NCBI GenBank assembly: GCA_022813865.1
Contig: JALDZX010000065.1
Span: forward strand, 62,001-104,074
From: Xylographa opegraphella
Taxonomy: Eukaryota
DNA: 42,074 nt
Direction: 5' to 3'
Every line of letters starts with the position of its first letter. Position 1 is the first letter of the stretch. Below, piece by piece: positions 1 through 10,011 of the stretch. The translations under genes were made by a program, and so were the position numbers. A model generated the notes under the pieces. It was given only the letters and a program-made list of their open reading frames with translations, searched no databases and was not told the origin of the DNA.

Positions 1-994
1 GTCTGTACGAAATGCCTTGAGGTGGAAGGAGGTATAGCTCGATTCGGATCTGAATCGACCATCTCAAGGGAAGGAATGATCTGCTTTTTGGGAGGCACAG
101 ATCTTCTGCAGGCCGGTGCTCGGCTTGGCTGAAATACCATCAAGTGAGTCTTGATACAACATGCGCCACGGAACAGAATACAGAAACGGATGTATTAATC
201 ATTTTCGGTGCTCTATGAGATTCTGAGTGCAGTCATAGAGTGCTCGGCATATAGAATCAAGCAATGAGCTGTTCGTGATCGAACAAACCTCTCCTGATTG
301 TATTGTAGCAGCGAGGCAGTGTCCAAGAGAGGTAACAAAGTTCGCATTCATATTTGGAGACATGATATATCCTACTTTAAAGCAACGAAAAGCGACCCAA
401 GGGTTGGACTTTGTTAGGTTGATATTCACATATTTGTTGATCATTCCAAGAATTAGTCATTTCAAGCACACCGTTCCATTTCCATGTACAGCTTTTGAAA
501 AATCGTGGATACATTGAGTGAGATCACGGGTAACAACAAATAAGTTCGAGAAATCATATCTCTCGTGGTCCACAGATAGTTTCACTTGGGTATGTAGCAT
601 CAAAAGGCAGATTGACAGCAACATTAGTTGTAAGATGCGGAAACACAAATGAGATAGGCGAAGGTGGGGAGTCTTATGGTCTCCGATTGATGTGAATCAT
701 CTCTGTCCTATATTGATGTGAATCTTCTGTGCTCCATATCGTTTGCTTGCGGAAGGGAGTGAATGTCATTTCAAGACGACATGTTCTGTATGTGTGATTT
801 GATTGATAGCCTATCCGCATGTGACGCAAAGTGACTGATTGGCACCGCAGAAATCACGAATACCTTGCAGTCTCGGTCTATTGCTGGTCCGAATCTCGTC
901 TGTCGCGATCTCTGTATGGCGATGATGGTGATCGTGGTCAAGACAACAAATGTCTTGCGCGTAGAAGTGTGGTTGGACGGCATTTAGAATTCGT

Positions 995-1686
995 TCATTG
1001 AAGACTTATACCAACTTCAAGCACGCTAACATAACGGATTTGGGTTTCTGGCAATTCCTCATCGTCTTGTTTTCGTGATTCGTCGGAAGTGGGGCTTTGG
1101 CCATCATCCATAGCATCCTTGTTACCATACATCTCTGCTCCATCGAAGCTCTTCCCTTCCGCTCTTGTCTCTGCCGGCTTCTCATCCACCACAATATCGT
1201 CTATGACACCAACACTACCAGTCCTTAGCCTCACTCTGCAATCTTGTTGACCCTGAAAGAACAAAGCCAGGCCTAGCGCTCTCTCGATAGCTTTATTCGT
1301 AGCTTTGAGAGTCACTTCCTCTGGTTCCTTGTGTTGCTTTCCAAGTGTTGAGAGTCTCTGCCTGTCGCTACCTTTGCCGCCAACAAGATCGACTTTCCCC
1401 ATGGCGCGCTTATCTACCTGCGCAAGGAGTTTCCGAACGCGCTTGACTACTGAGATGAAAGGAGTGCTGGACGAGACATAGATGACTTTTGGCTGCGAAG
1501 CATTGGTGTACGGCGACGGGATAGCTGGATGAAGGATGGGACGTTTCTCGATCCGCGCATCTATCGCGTCGTGATTAGCTGTCAACTGTCCGGGAAGTGT
1601 GCGAAGCTCCTACGATTTGGTAGGCGCTTGAGCTTGTGATGTTGCTGCTGCTTCTTCTCTTCACGCTTGGCTGATGACGGCGCCAT
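995..1686 (-). CDS. POP7: RNase P/MRP subunit Pop7/Rpp20 (Alba-like); exons 1686-1614 and 1560-995, 212 aa
   Basis: Rpp20-type motifs KVIYVSSSTPFISVVKRVRKLL, EVTLKATNKAIERAL and LRTGSVGVIDD. ATG at 1686; a 53-nt intron (GTAGGA...CTAAT...TAG) joins it in frame to the 995-1585 ORF. Confidence 0.85.
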
Positions 1687-1869
1687 TCTTGGCCTCTTAA
1701 TAACCAAGAGGCCTTCAAGTATGATGATTCACGGCTCCTTCATGTTGTGTTTGCCGCAGGAATGTGGCTCGAGATCAAGTGAAGTCTAAAATCCGGGGTA
1801 AGCTAGTCGAGCTTAGGGATAGGTCCTATACGCCGATAGACATCCTGCACTAACTCTCCATCTTTATCA

Positions 1870-2619
1870 ATGCACCTTCGCCATCTCCACCTCTCCTCCA
1901 TCACACCCTACTCTCACGCCTCACACCTCCAAGCCATCCTCGTCCGCCGCCATCTCGACCACAAAGCCCTCACCCTCCCGCTCCGCCCCTCCGCTCCCGT
2001 TCCTCCGCCAACGCTCCTCACCTTCCAAGCACATCCGACTTACACCTGCGGCAGACGCGAGATCCCCACAATTACCCAGGAGCAGATCACATATCTCCGC
2101 GCCGGCGGCACCGCCGAGTTCCATCCAGCCCTCCGCGGTGGGCAGACAACTTACCATGGACCAGGCCAGCTTACCGGATACGTCATTCTTTCTTTGGAGG
2201 CTCATGGCTTGAAACCTGCGACTTTCGTGCGCTTCTTGGAGACTTCCGTTATTGATACTTGCAAGAGGTATGGGGTCACAGGATTTACGACGGAGAACCC
2301 GGGTGTATGGACTTCGCAGGAGGATAAGATCGCCAGTGTTGGTATACATTTGAGGAGAAATGTGGCGAGTCATGGGGTGGGATTGAATGTTACCATGGAC
2401 CTGAAATGGTTTGACAGGATAGTAGCTTGTGGGCTTGTAGGGAAGAGGGCCACGAGTCTTCAGAAGGAGGGGGTCGCGGGAGTCAGTGTAGAAGATGTGG
2501 CAGAAGTACTGGCTCAGTGCATGGCAGAAGGCTTGGAGAACGTAGAAGCTGTAGAGAATATCATAGAAGAGGAGGTCTTGTCTTGGCATAACGAAGCAAG
2601 AGAGGGAGCACTACGTTGA
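1870..2619 (+). CDS. LIP2: Lipoyl(octanoyl) transferase LipB/Lip2
   Basis: Intronless 249-aa ORF with LipB motifs PTYTCGRR, RGGQTTYHGPGQL, PGVW, KIASVGIH, HGVGLNV and FDRIVACGL. Confidence 0.93.
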   Translation: MHLRHLHLSSITPYSHASHLQAILVRRHLDHKALTLPLRPSAPVPPPTLLTFQAHPTYTCGRREIPTITQEQITYLRAGGTAEFHPALRGGQTTYHGPGQLTGYVILSLEAHGLKPATFVRFLETSVIDTCKRYGVTGFTTENPGVWTSQEDKIASVGIHLRRNVASHGVGLNVTMDLKWFDRIVACGLVGKRATSLQKEGVAGVSVEDVAEVLAQCMAEGLENVEAVENIIEEEVLSWHNEAREGALR

Positions 2620-3112
2620 GCACGCAAAGTAAGGGCAATAGAGCACAGCGACAAAAGACCACAAGAGATCATGTCATTATTGAACCAGTCAATGACTTGG
2701 TTCCCGGAGCACTGCCTGATTCTTACGATAGGTGCTTATCTAACAATATCCGGCTAGTCAAGCAGGCACAGGGAAAGCCTCAATGCAATCAACAGCCCAT
2801 TATGCGAACACAGTTCTCCGAGAGCCTTATGGCTGAGCTCGCGATAGAGCTGACATCTTTTTGACAGATATTGTCATCTATCATTCCCACTCTCCATGCT
2901 ACAGTCTCTTAGAAGCGATGTGCTGCTGCATATCGCTGAACTATAAACCGCTGACATAATTCTGAAATCTTGTGGTAAAGCAGTGCATATCACAGCATGC
3001 TCATCATCTTTCGCATGAGCTGCTAGACAAGAACCATCGCCTGGAATGGTAGAAAGAAATAGATAGAAATAATGACTGCCAGAAGTGACTTTCCAATATC
3101 AGAATGTGCCAA

Positions 3113-4729
3113 TCAGCTTGCCTTTTTCAGGTCGTCCTTCTCGTTGTAAGGATGTTTGATGGTCAAGCACCATATGTCGAGGTAGTCGCAGATTGTCGTG
3201 ATGATATCCACCTATGATTTACATTAGTCAATACAGTCTATGGAGAGTTCTGTACCATTGGAACTTACCACGAAGCTTCCGTATATACCAATCCCCATTC
3301 CAAGACATGCGAACATGAACGCAATTTGATATGTCCCATCCCCCAAGACACCTGGCCAGATCCCAAGTCTCATACCTATACTGTCTAGTACAGCTAATCC
3401 TAAGGGAACCGCAATCACATTCTGATAAGGGAAATTGGGGTTCTTCGTCAAATGTGCGACAATGATTTGGCCGACAGAATAGGCATTCATCAGGCCAACA
3501 TAAAAAACAAAGGGTACCAAGTGGTGGTTAAGGATGACTGGCTGAAGATAGAGATAAAGCGCAACCATCGTCCATTCTATGAATATCGGAGCAAGGCCCA
3601 GCAGAGGCGATTCATGATTTCGTGTATGCGAGGCTGATGATTTGCGGAGCGAGAGGACATGTAATGCACTACTCACAAAGAGCATGCTTAGTTGACGAGC
3701 TCAAAAAGTTAGATACCAGATGGGCAAACCTTTGAGTAGTATTTGCCACAAGAACAAGTCCGCCGTAAACCATCAGCCAGTCGCTAAACTGCATTTGGTA
3801 CACATATTCAGGGATAAAGCTGTAATTTGTGATTCCAAATGTCTGCAGCATTGATTGCTGCCAGCAACTCCCACCGCCTTTGATTGCGGTGATAGCATAC
3901 ACGATACAGAGACTTAATATGCCCTCGACAGGGCCCGAGACGAGTCCTAGAGTCAAGGTCTGCGTGTAGTACTCATCCCAGGTTTGGACGTAAAATGTGA
4001 GTGTGGCTAGATGTGGTCTATCAGTCGCAGAAGACATCCAGGATATACCATGTGTACCCACTTCCAAAAAGCGTCAGGACCGTTTTCCAACTTTGACCCA
4101 TGTTCATGGCAGCCGCGAATAGAAGAGTCTCAAACGCCGTGTTGCACGCATCGACACCTATAGAGATGGTTAGAAGATTATAGAGTCCCCAGGTCAAGAG
4201 CTCTAGGCGGCTGACCATGATCAAACAATTCGCCCAACGGACCACTCTGATGAGTTCTCCGCCTGTTACTCATAGTCAACAAAGTTGAACATTATTGTGC
4301 TTGGTTTTACTTGCGCTTGTGTCCCATCAACCGCATCAAAAGTCTGGTAAAGGAAAAGACCAATAGACCAGCTGGCATATACCCATCTTGGCATGTCTTG
4401 ATCGAGAGTAGGATTGTACCACAGAAGAGTGAGGAAGTTAAGGAGAACGAAGCCGAAGCCAGACAGCGTAATCTACAATTCCATTAGCAAAGCAAGGGTG
4501 TCGTAGGAGATCACTCACGGCATTGGGTCTTGACAAGGGCATATATTAGCAACTGATCTCAGATATTTGGAGCAGATAGTTTAGCTCACGCCATCGACAT
4601 GGGAAAGCATTTGATAGCAACATTCGTGTAGAAGGGCTTCAGGATGTATTTCGAAGTCAACGAATGGTCGACTCCAGCATATTTATATGGATGCAATTTC
4701 TCGAGCTGCTTCTGCCGAATGTACACCAT
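3113..4729 (-). CDS. EPT1: Choline/ethanolamine phosphotransferase (CDP-alcohol phosphatidyltransferase), multi-exon
   Basis: Spliced translation MVYIRQKQLEKLHPYKYAGVDHSLTSKYILKPF...MAPNAITLSGF...[31 protein letters not shown] (CDP-alcohol transferase motif)...QTWDEY...ICDYLDIWCLTIKHP...stop at 3113. Includes a 10-nt exon (4528-4519) and a GC-AG intron (4314-4263). EPT1 versus CPT1 cannot be resolved. Confidence 0.9.
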
Positions 4730-5239
4730 CGTGGATGATGGTAGTCTGCAGACCACCTGAGCACAAATGTAATAGCTTTGCTTATGTAGAAAAGCAGTAT
4801 AGTTAGTCTCGGATCAGCTCTCTATTCTATCACACTTCATTGCGCCTAGAACTTCACATTCAATCAGGGTTACGCGCCAAGCAAATGACGTACTGTCGCT
4901 TTACACACGCGTTTGGCGACGAACTCAAGCCATACTTGTGAAAACTTTGCGTCAAGCGGTACAAATATGCTTTGCAGCAATGGTGAGACTCAAACGCACC
5001 ACAGCCTGAGCTCAACCAGGATCGAGTAGAAAGAGCATCAGGTACTTCGCAGAGGAACGAAAAGCATTGGCCCTTACATGCCCGGACTAACTGACTTTAT
5101 CACCGATTGGCCAATTCAAATCGCTCGTGAAGTCACTCGCTCAGTCAGCATCCGTGCAGTCCACCAACTACCTTCTCTAAGTTTTTAGGTAGTCAATTGG
5201 AGGAATACATCCCATTTAAGCACAGAGCAGTATGCTACG

Positions 5240-6978
5240 ATGAGGAGGGTCCAGATCTTCTCGGGTTCTTCCCATCCGCTTTTAACCGAAGCCATCTGTG
5301 AACGTCTTGGAACTCAGCCAGCCAAGTGCGATCTTAGAAAATTCAGCAATGGTGAGACGAGTGTGAGTATCAATACCTCAATCAGAGATCAGGATGTCTT
5401 TATCGTGCAAAGTGGTAGCAAGAAGATCAATGATAGTATCATTGAGCTTCTCATCATGATATCTGCTTGTAAAGGAGGCTCCGCAAGGTCGATAACTGGT
5501 CAGTCCATAACGGGACTTTGCCCTGGTAGGGAATTAGACTGACTGTTATAGCTGTACTGCCGTGAGTTATCTTAACGCGTCTTACCTACTGCCGGCTGAT
5601 AAACTTAATCAAGCTACTTTCCTTACTCTCGGCAGAGTAAGAAGAAGTCACACAGAGGTGCTATAACTGCTCGCATGCTTGCAAACCTGTTGACTGTGGC
5701 TGGTATCACACATGTCATTACCGTAGATCTTCATGTACGTTGAACATCGCGCACATTTTCGCATATCTAACTCGGTAGGCACCACCAATTCAAGGATTCT
5801 TCGGCAAACCTGTCGACAATCTGCATGCTGAGCCATTAATCGCACGCTGGATTCGGAATCATGTCAGTGATTGGAAGGAAGCTGTAGTAGTCAGCAAGAA
5901 CCCTGGCGGCTCGAAACGCGTCACTTCTCTAGCAGATGCATTGAAGCTGAACTTCGGTATCATCACTACCGATCGGCGAAGGTCCCCGCAGATGAATGGA
6001 AGTACTACTCTTGCAGCCAGTGGACTATTCGGGGGTAACGTTGACGGTGGACATGAAGCGGAGCCAGACACGATTTCTCTGACAGAACATTCGGAGGAAA
6101 TCAGGCCGTTTTCTCGATCATCGCCGCGCCTCTGGACCCACGCGACCGGTGCATCACAGAATTCACCACAGCAGCATCGCCACCTTAACGGTCATCCCGG
6201 AGCAAGTCCGCTGGCTAATTCCACTCGTGTCGACTCGGAATCTCCTCCACCCTCTAGAACCAGGCTTCATCGAAGCCTTACAATGCCCACAAGAAGCAGT
6301 CCTGATCTCGAAGACTCTGCCGATGAATACACGGATGAAAGAGCCCGCGAGGTCATCACGGGTAGGTTGATCCAGGGTCATATCGTGGACGATGACGCTC
6401 CATCACCTATTTTCTCTACAATGTCGGGTTCTGTTGCCACATTGCCAGGTGATCAAATGGGGCCTCCACAGCTTGACGATCGCGATCCCATGACTTCGTC
6501 ATTTATGTCTGGTATATCTCGAGTTTCGTCGTTCCCTGCGGATCACGCTTTGGGTGGTACATTTGACGCAGCGCAGTCTGATGAAGACGAGCAAGAGTTA
6601 AAAAATCCCGAGTTTGAACACACCATTACGCTGGTCGGCAATGTCTCTGAGAAGACAGTTATCATTATAGACGACATGATCGACGGATCCGGCTCATGGG
6701 TTGCAGCTGCTGAAACGGTCGTCAAGCGTGGTGGAGCCAAGAAAGTCTATTGCATAGCTACACATGCTCTATTTGGTGGCGATTCACTGGAAGACCTTGA
6801 GGATTGTCAATGCATCGACCATATCGTTGTTGCGAATACGTTCCCGATTGATCCGGAGCGGATCAAGGCAGCCAAGAAGCTCATTGTTCTAGATCTCTCG
6901 GGTCTCCTTGCTGAAGCTATCAGAAGAACCCACTATGGCGAGAGCATCTCTCAGCTATATCAGCACTATCAAGATTAA
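5240..6978 (+). CDS. PRS1: Ribose-phosphate pyrophosphokinase, Prs1-type with long internal insertion; 4 exons
   Basis: KFSNGET, spliced ITAVLPYFPYSRQSKKKSHRGAITARMLANLL, VVVSKNPGG, PRPP-binding IIIDDMIDGSGS and ATHALF. Has a 10-nt exon at 5552-5561 and a ~210-aa low-complexity insertion like the yeast Prs1 non-homologous region. Confidence 0.92.
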
Positions 6979-7799
6979 GACCTGAAACTTTCATCTCTCA
7001 CAACTGTTCTTGCGAGCTAGTATGATGATTGGATGACTGGACGCGTAACAAGGGCGCTGTAGTGGTATGCCATGCACTTTGCCCTATGCTAAAGATATCT
7101 AAGTAACTACTAATTACCAGCCATTAACTTACCGAATCACACGTGTCTCCTCCATTCACCTAAACGATTTCGTTGCTGAAATGATCAACGAACTGTGCAA
7201 TTTGAGCCCAGCGATGCAGGACCTTCGGGGTCCTGCAGGAACACCTTACTATCTCTACGAGGCTGTTCTTAACGGAGCGTTGGCACATTGAGAATCATCG
7301 AGAACTGAAGGCACTTCTCCCCGGCTGCAGCCACGATCCTTGCGGATTGATGGGAGCCGTGCAAGAGAACGTCTCGAACAGCTAAAGTAGTACTGGACAT
7401 GCACCAATGATATATGGCCTAGGTGTTGGGGACCCTGAGACGAAAACCTCAGCCATCATAGATTGGCTACCGAAATGCATCAATCACTCCACATCCTGCA
7501 GTCAACAGTGTGCCGACACCCATGTCTTTTATGAAACTACCGATATTCACATTCCCATGGAAGAAAATACGGATACCGACCGAAAGAGATGGCTCCTTTT
7601 CCAAGCCACGCCCCTCTCCCCTCCCTTTTACTCTCGTTCCGCCCAGCACAACCAAAAATCTCCACCTCAGCCGACTCACAACAAACCCTCCCCCAAGCAT
7701 CACAACTCCCTTCTCCCCCACACCTTCCCCCCCCCCTATCTTTTCCCACCACCCGCACCCTTTCCTCTCCTTCCCAGCCCCACCATCCGCCTCACCGCT

Positions 7800-7958
7800 T
7801 CACCGCTTCTGCGTGCAGTTGCCGCAGCGCTTGATCTTGTAGTACACGCACTCCATGATGGCGATGTGTGGGCCCGAGTTGCAGCCCGAGCAGCGCCAGT
7901 TGAGCAGGCTGGGCTGGTTGGAGCCGAGTTCTTTCCACGAGTGCTGGCAGTTGGCCAT
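7800..7958 (-). CDS. 52-aa Cys/His-rich microprotein (putative zinc finger), below the ORF-track size cutoff
   Basis: MANCQHSWKELGSNQPSLLNWRCSGCNSGPHIAIMECVYYKIKRCGNCTQKR*. Nearly all third codon positions are C/G, the start context is good (cacaATGGCC), and there is a canonical 5'-UTR intron at 8070-7991 (GTACGT...CTAAC...CAG). Confidence 0.75.
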   Translation of the reverse strand: MANCQHSWKELGSNQPSLLNWRCSGCNSGPHIAIMECVYYKIKRCGNCTQKR

Positions 7959-9368
7959 TGTGCTGGTTTGAGTGGGGGGTGGAAGGGCTGCTGAGGGGAG
8001 GAAGGGAGGGGGTTAGTGAGTTGTAGGGAGGGGGGAAGGTGAGAGGGGGCGAGGAGGTATCGATACGTACCTTGAGCTTTCCTGCTTGGGATTGAGGACT
8101 CGTTTCGATGTCGATGTGGCTGGATGTTCGATTGTCGGTGGAGGTGAATACTTCGAAAAGCTGGCCCTCCAAAGCCAGGACTTCGGCCCCATTATATACC
8201 CGTCGCACCTCCTCTCCCCCCAAAGTCACCCCATGGCATCCAGCTTCCAAGCCCGCAGCCAAGAACTCTCCTATTCAGTCGCCCTGCTTCCGATGGATCT
8301 ACCCCGTCCCAGCACGTCTGCAGTGCCGACGGAGCGGTGAGCGGTGGGTCCTGCAGCTCTGATGCAGAAGGCTCGTCGGCAGCTGTGATGCGTGCTGCGA
8401 GAGAGATGGCGATGCAGATGGTGCTTCCCCCTTGCCGCGAAAGATGCTAGCCGGACAGCGGGCCAAGCTGTTGAGGGCGTGTAGGACTACTTCGCAGCGG
8501 GGAGGTGTTGGCAGCGCTGCAGCTGGACAGCGAACGGGAGGAGCGGGTTCGCAACACCTGCAGTGTCTGATTAATGCCAGGGGAGGTATCGGAGCTCTTC
8601 CGGCAGCGAAGGCGTGGGCAAGGTGCTGCGAGATTGCTGGGCTGCTCTGCGGCGGCGGCGGCAGTGGTAGTGGTTCAAGGCACCAATGACGGCGGAAGAA
8701 TCAACGTGAGACACCTCACGACCCGAGAGCCTGGTCGCGCCTCCAGTAATGCTGTGGGGAATCGTGCATCAGAAGGACCTGGGAAACCCCCACCCTGCGA
8801 CGCAGTTTCCTGAGGAATGCAAGAAGACGCACCATGCGAACCGCTAGACCTGGAACAGCCAATCAGCTTTCCAGTCCCGGCGTCCTGGACGCAGATGCCT
8901 CAAGACCCGGCAGCGCTCATGTTCAGGGTCATGCTGATTGTTCTCCGCACGCCCATAAGCTGGACCCTCACCGCTGGAAAACTCATGGCATAGCACCCAA
9001 ACGGACATTCACCACAGCCGTCGAAACGGCATGTTCGGGTTCCGTGGAGCCGTTCCTCGACATTCGCAGCTCCCGTTCAGAGCGCAGGAGATCCCCTCCC
9101 TGTTTCTCCCATACGAGCGTCCAGTATCACCCCAGCCACACAGCAAAACAAGTCACGCGGCAGGAGAGCTTCGCGCATACCCTCACTCCCAGTCCGCTGT
9201 CTGCCACGGATATGCAGGACGCAGTAAAGCAAGGCTATGTACCACATACGACTACGGCAATACGAAGATCCTGAAGCGATTCAGGGAAAGAGACGGACAG
9301 ACAGAATGAGAAAGAGTGATCGATCTCCGTCTGTGTGGATAGGACGGCCAGGGTTGGAGGGATGGTAT

Positions 9369-9400
9369 AACAACAACAACAACAAAAACAACGACAACGA
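9369..9400. repeat. (AAC)n microsatellite with degenerate tail
   Basis: (aac)5 at 9369-9383 followed by aaaaacaacgacaacga. Confidence 0.7.
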
Positions 9401-10011
9401 AAAACATCCGCAGTGCACAAGAAAAAGCCCATCATCCAACCACGCGCTCACAAGCCAGCATCACCCCATTACCGTAAGCCAGCCACCATCCCCCCAACCA
9501 CGCCGTGGTGTTTCCCAAGCCGCGACCCGAAACACTGGGAACCCATATATCAGACAGTGGAAAAATACAGCACACACATAATAAACCCACCCATTACACA
9601 GTTGCCCCGAGAAACAGAAGCTAAGCGAGGCTGGTACAGATTTCAGCATATGTGCAATCGTCAGGATCAAAGCGCAAGAGCCATTTCGCTCCCCCAAGAC
9701 TTTCTCACCGCCTCCGATGTGCCGGACACCGATGTTCATTGGACGAAAAAGAAAAGGAGCGCTGCACTTCCATTCACCGCCTTTTAAGATTGATGTCTGC
9801 GTAAAATTGCATGCAAAGAGTAGTTCGCCCCTCCCCGATCGCGCCAAGAGCGATCCAAAACACGGTGGCACCACGGTGTATCCCCCGCATGGTGGGCCCG
9901 AAGAAGCGCCTCAAGTCCCGAAAAATGCACACACAGATTCCCTGGTATCTTGCTCCGTCGCTCCGTATATGTTTGTGTGTGTAAAACATATCCCAAGTGG
10001 GTCATCGGCCC

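Noticed and set aside
1..140. Minus-strand ORF MVFQPSRAPACRRSVPPKKQ... open to the window edge
   Set aside because: Too short and without a recognisable motif; it may start a gene outside the window but cannot be supported here.
7022..7179. ATGATGA ... CTGA (C/D-box-like pair) in the PRS1 3' region
   Set aside because: No terminal stem or recognisable rRNA-antisense element; the short motifs are expected by chance.
7407..8262. Overlapping ORFs of 195 aa (+) and 156 aa (-)
   Set aside because: Low-complexity products of C/G skew; the 52-aa ORF in another frame explains the coding signal.
8424..8505. Imperfect inverted repeat CTTCCCCCTTGCCGCGAA / TTCGCAGCGGGGAGG
   Set aside because: GC-rich context with bulges; compatible with chance.
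8432..10005. Many 70-146 aa ORFs between the microprotein gene and PLD
   Set aside because: No motifs, codon bias or coherent splice pattern; likely UTR/promoter DNA.
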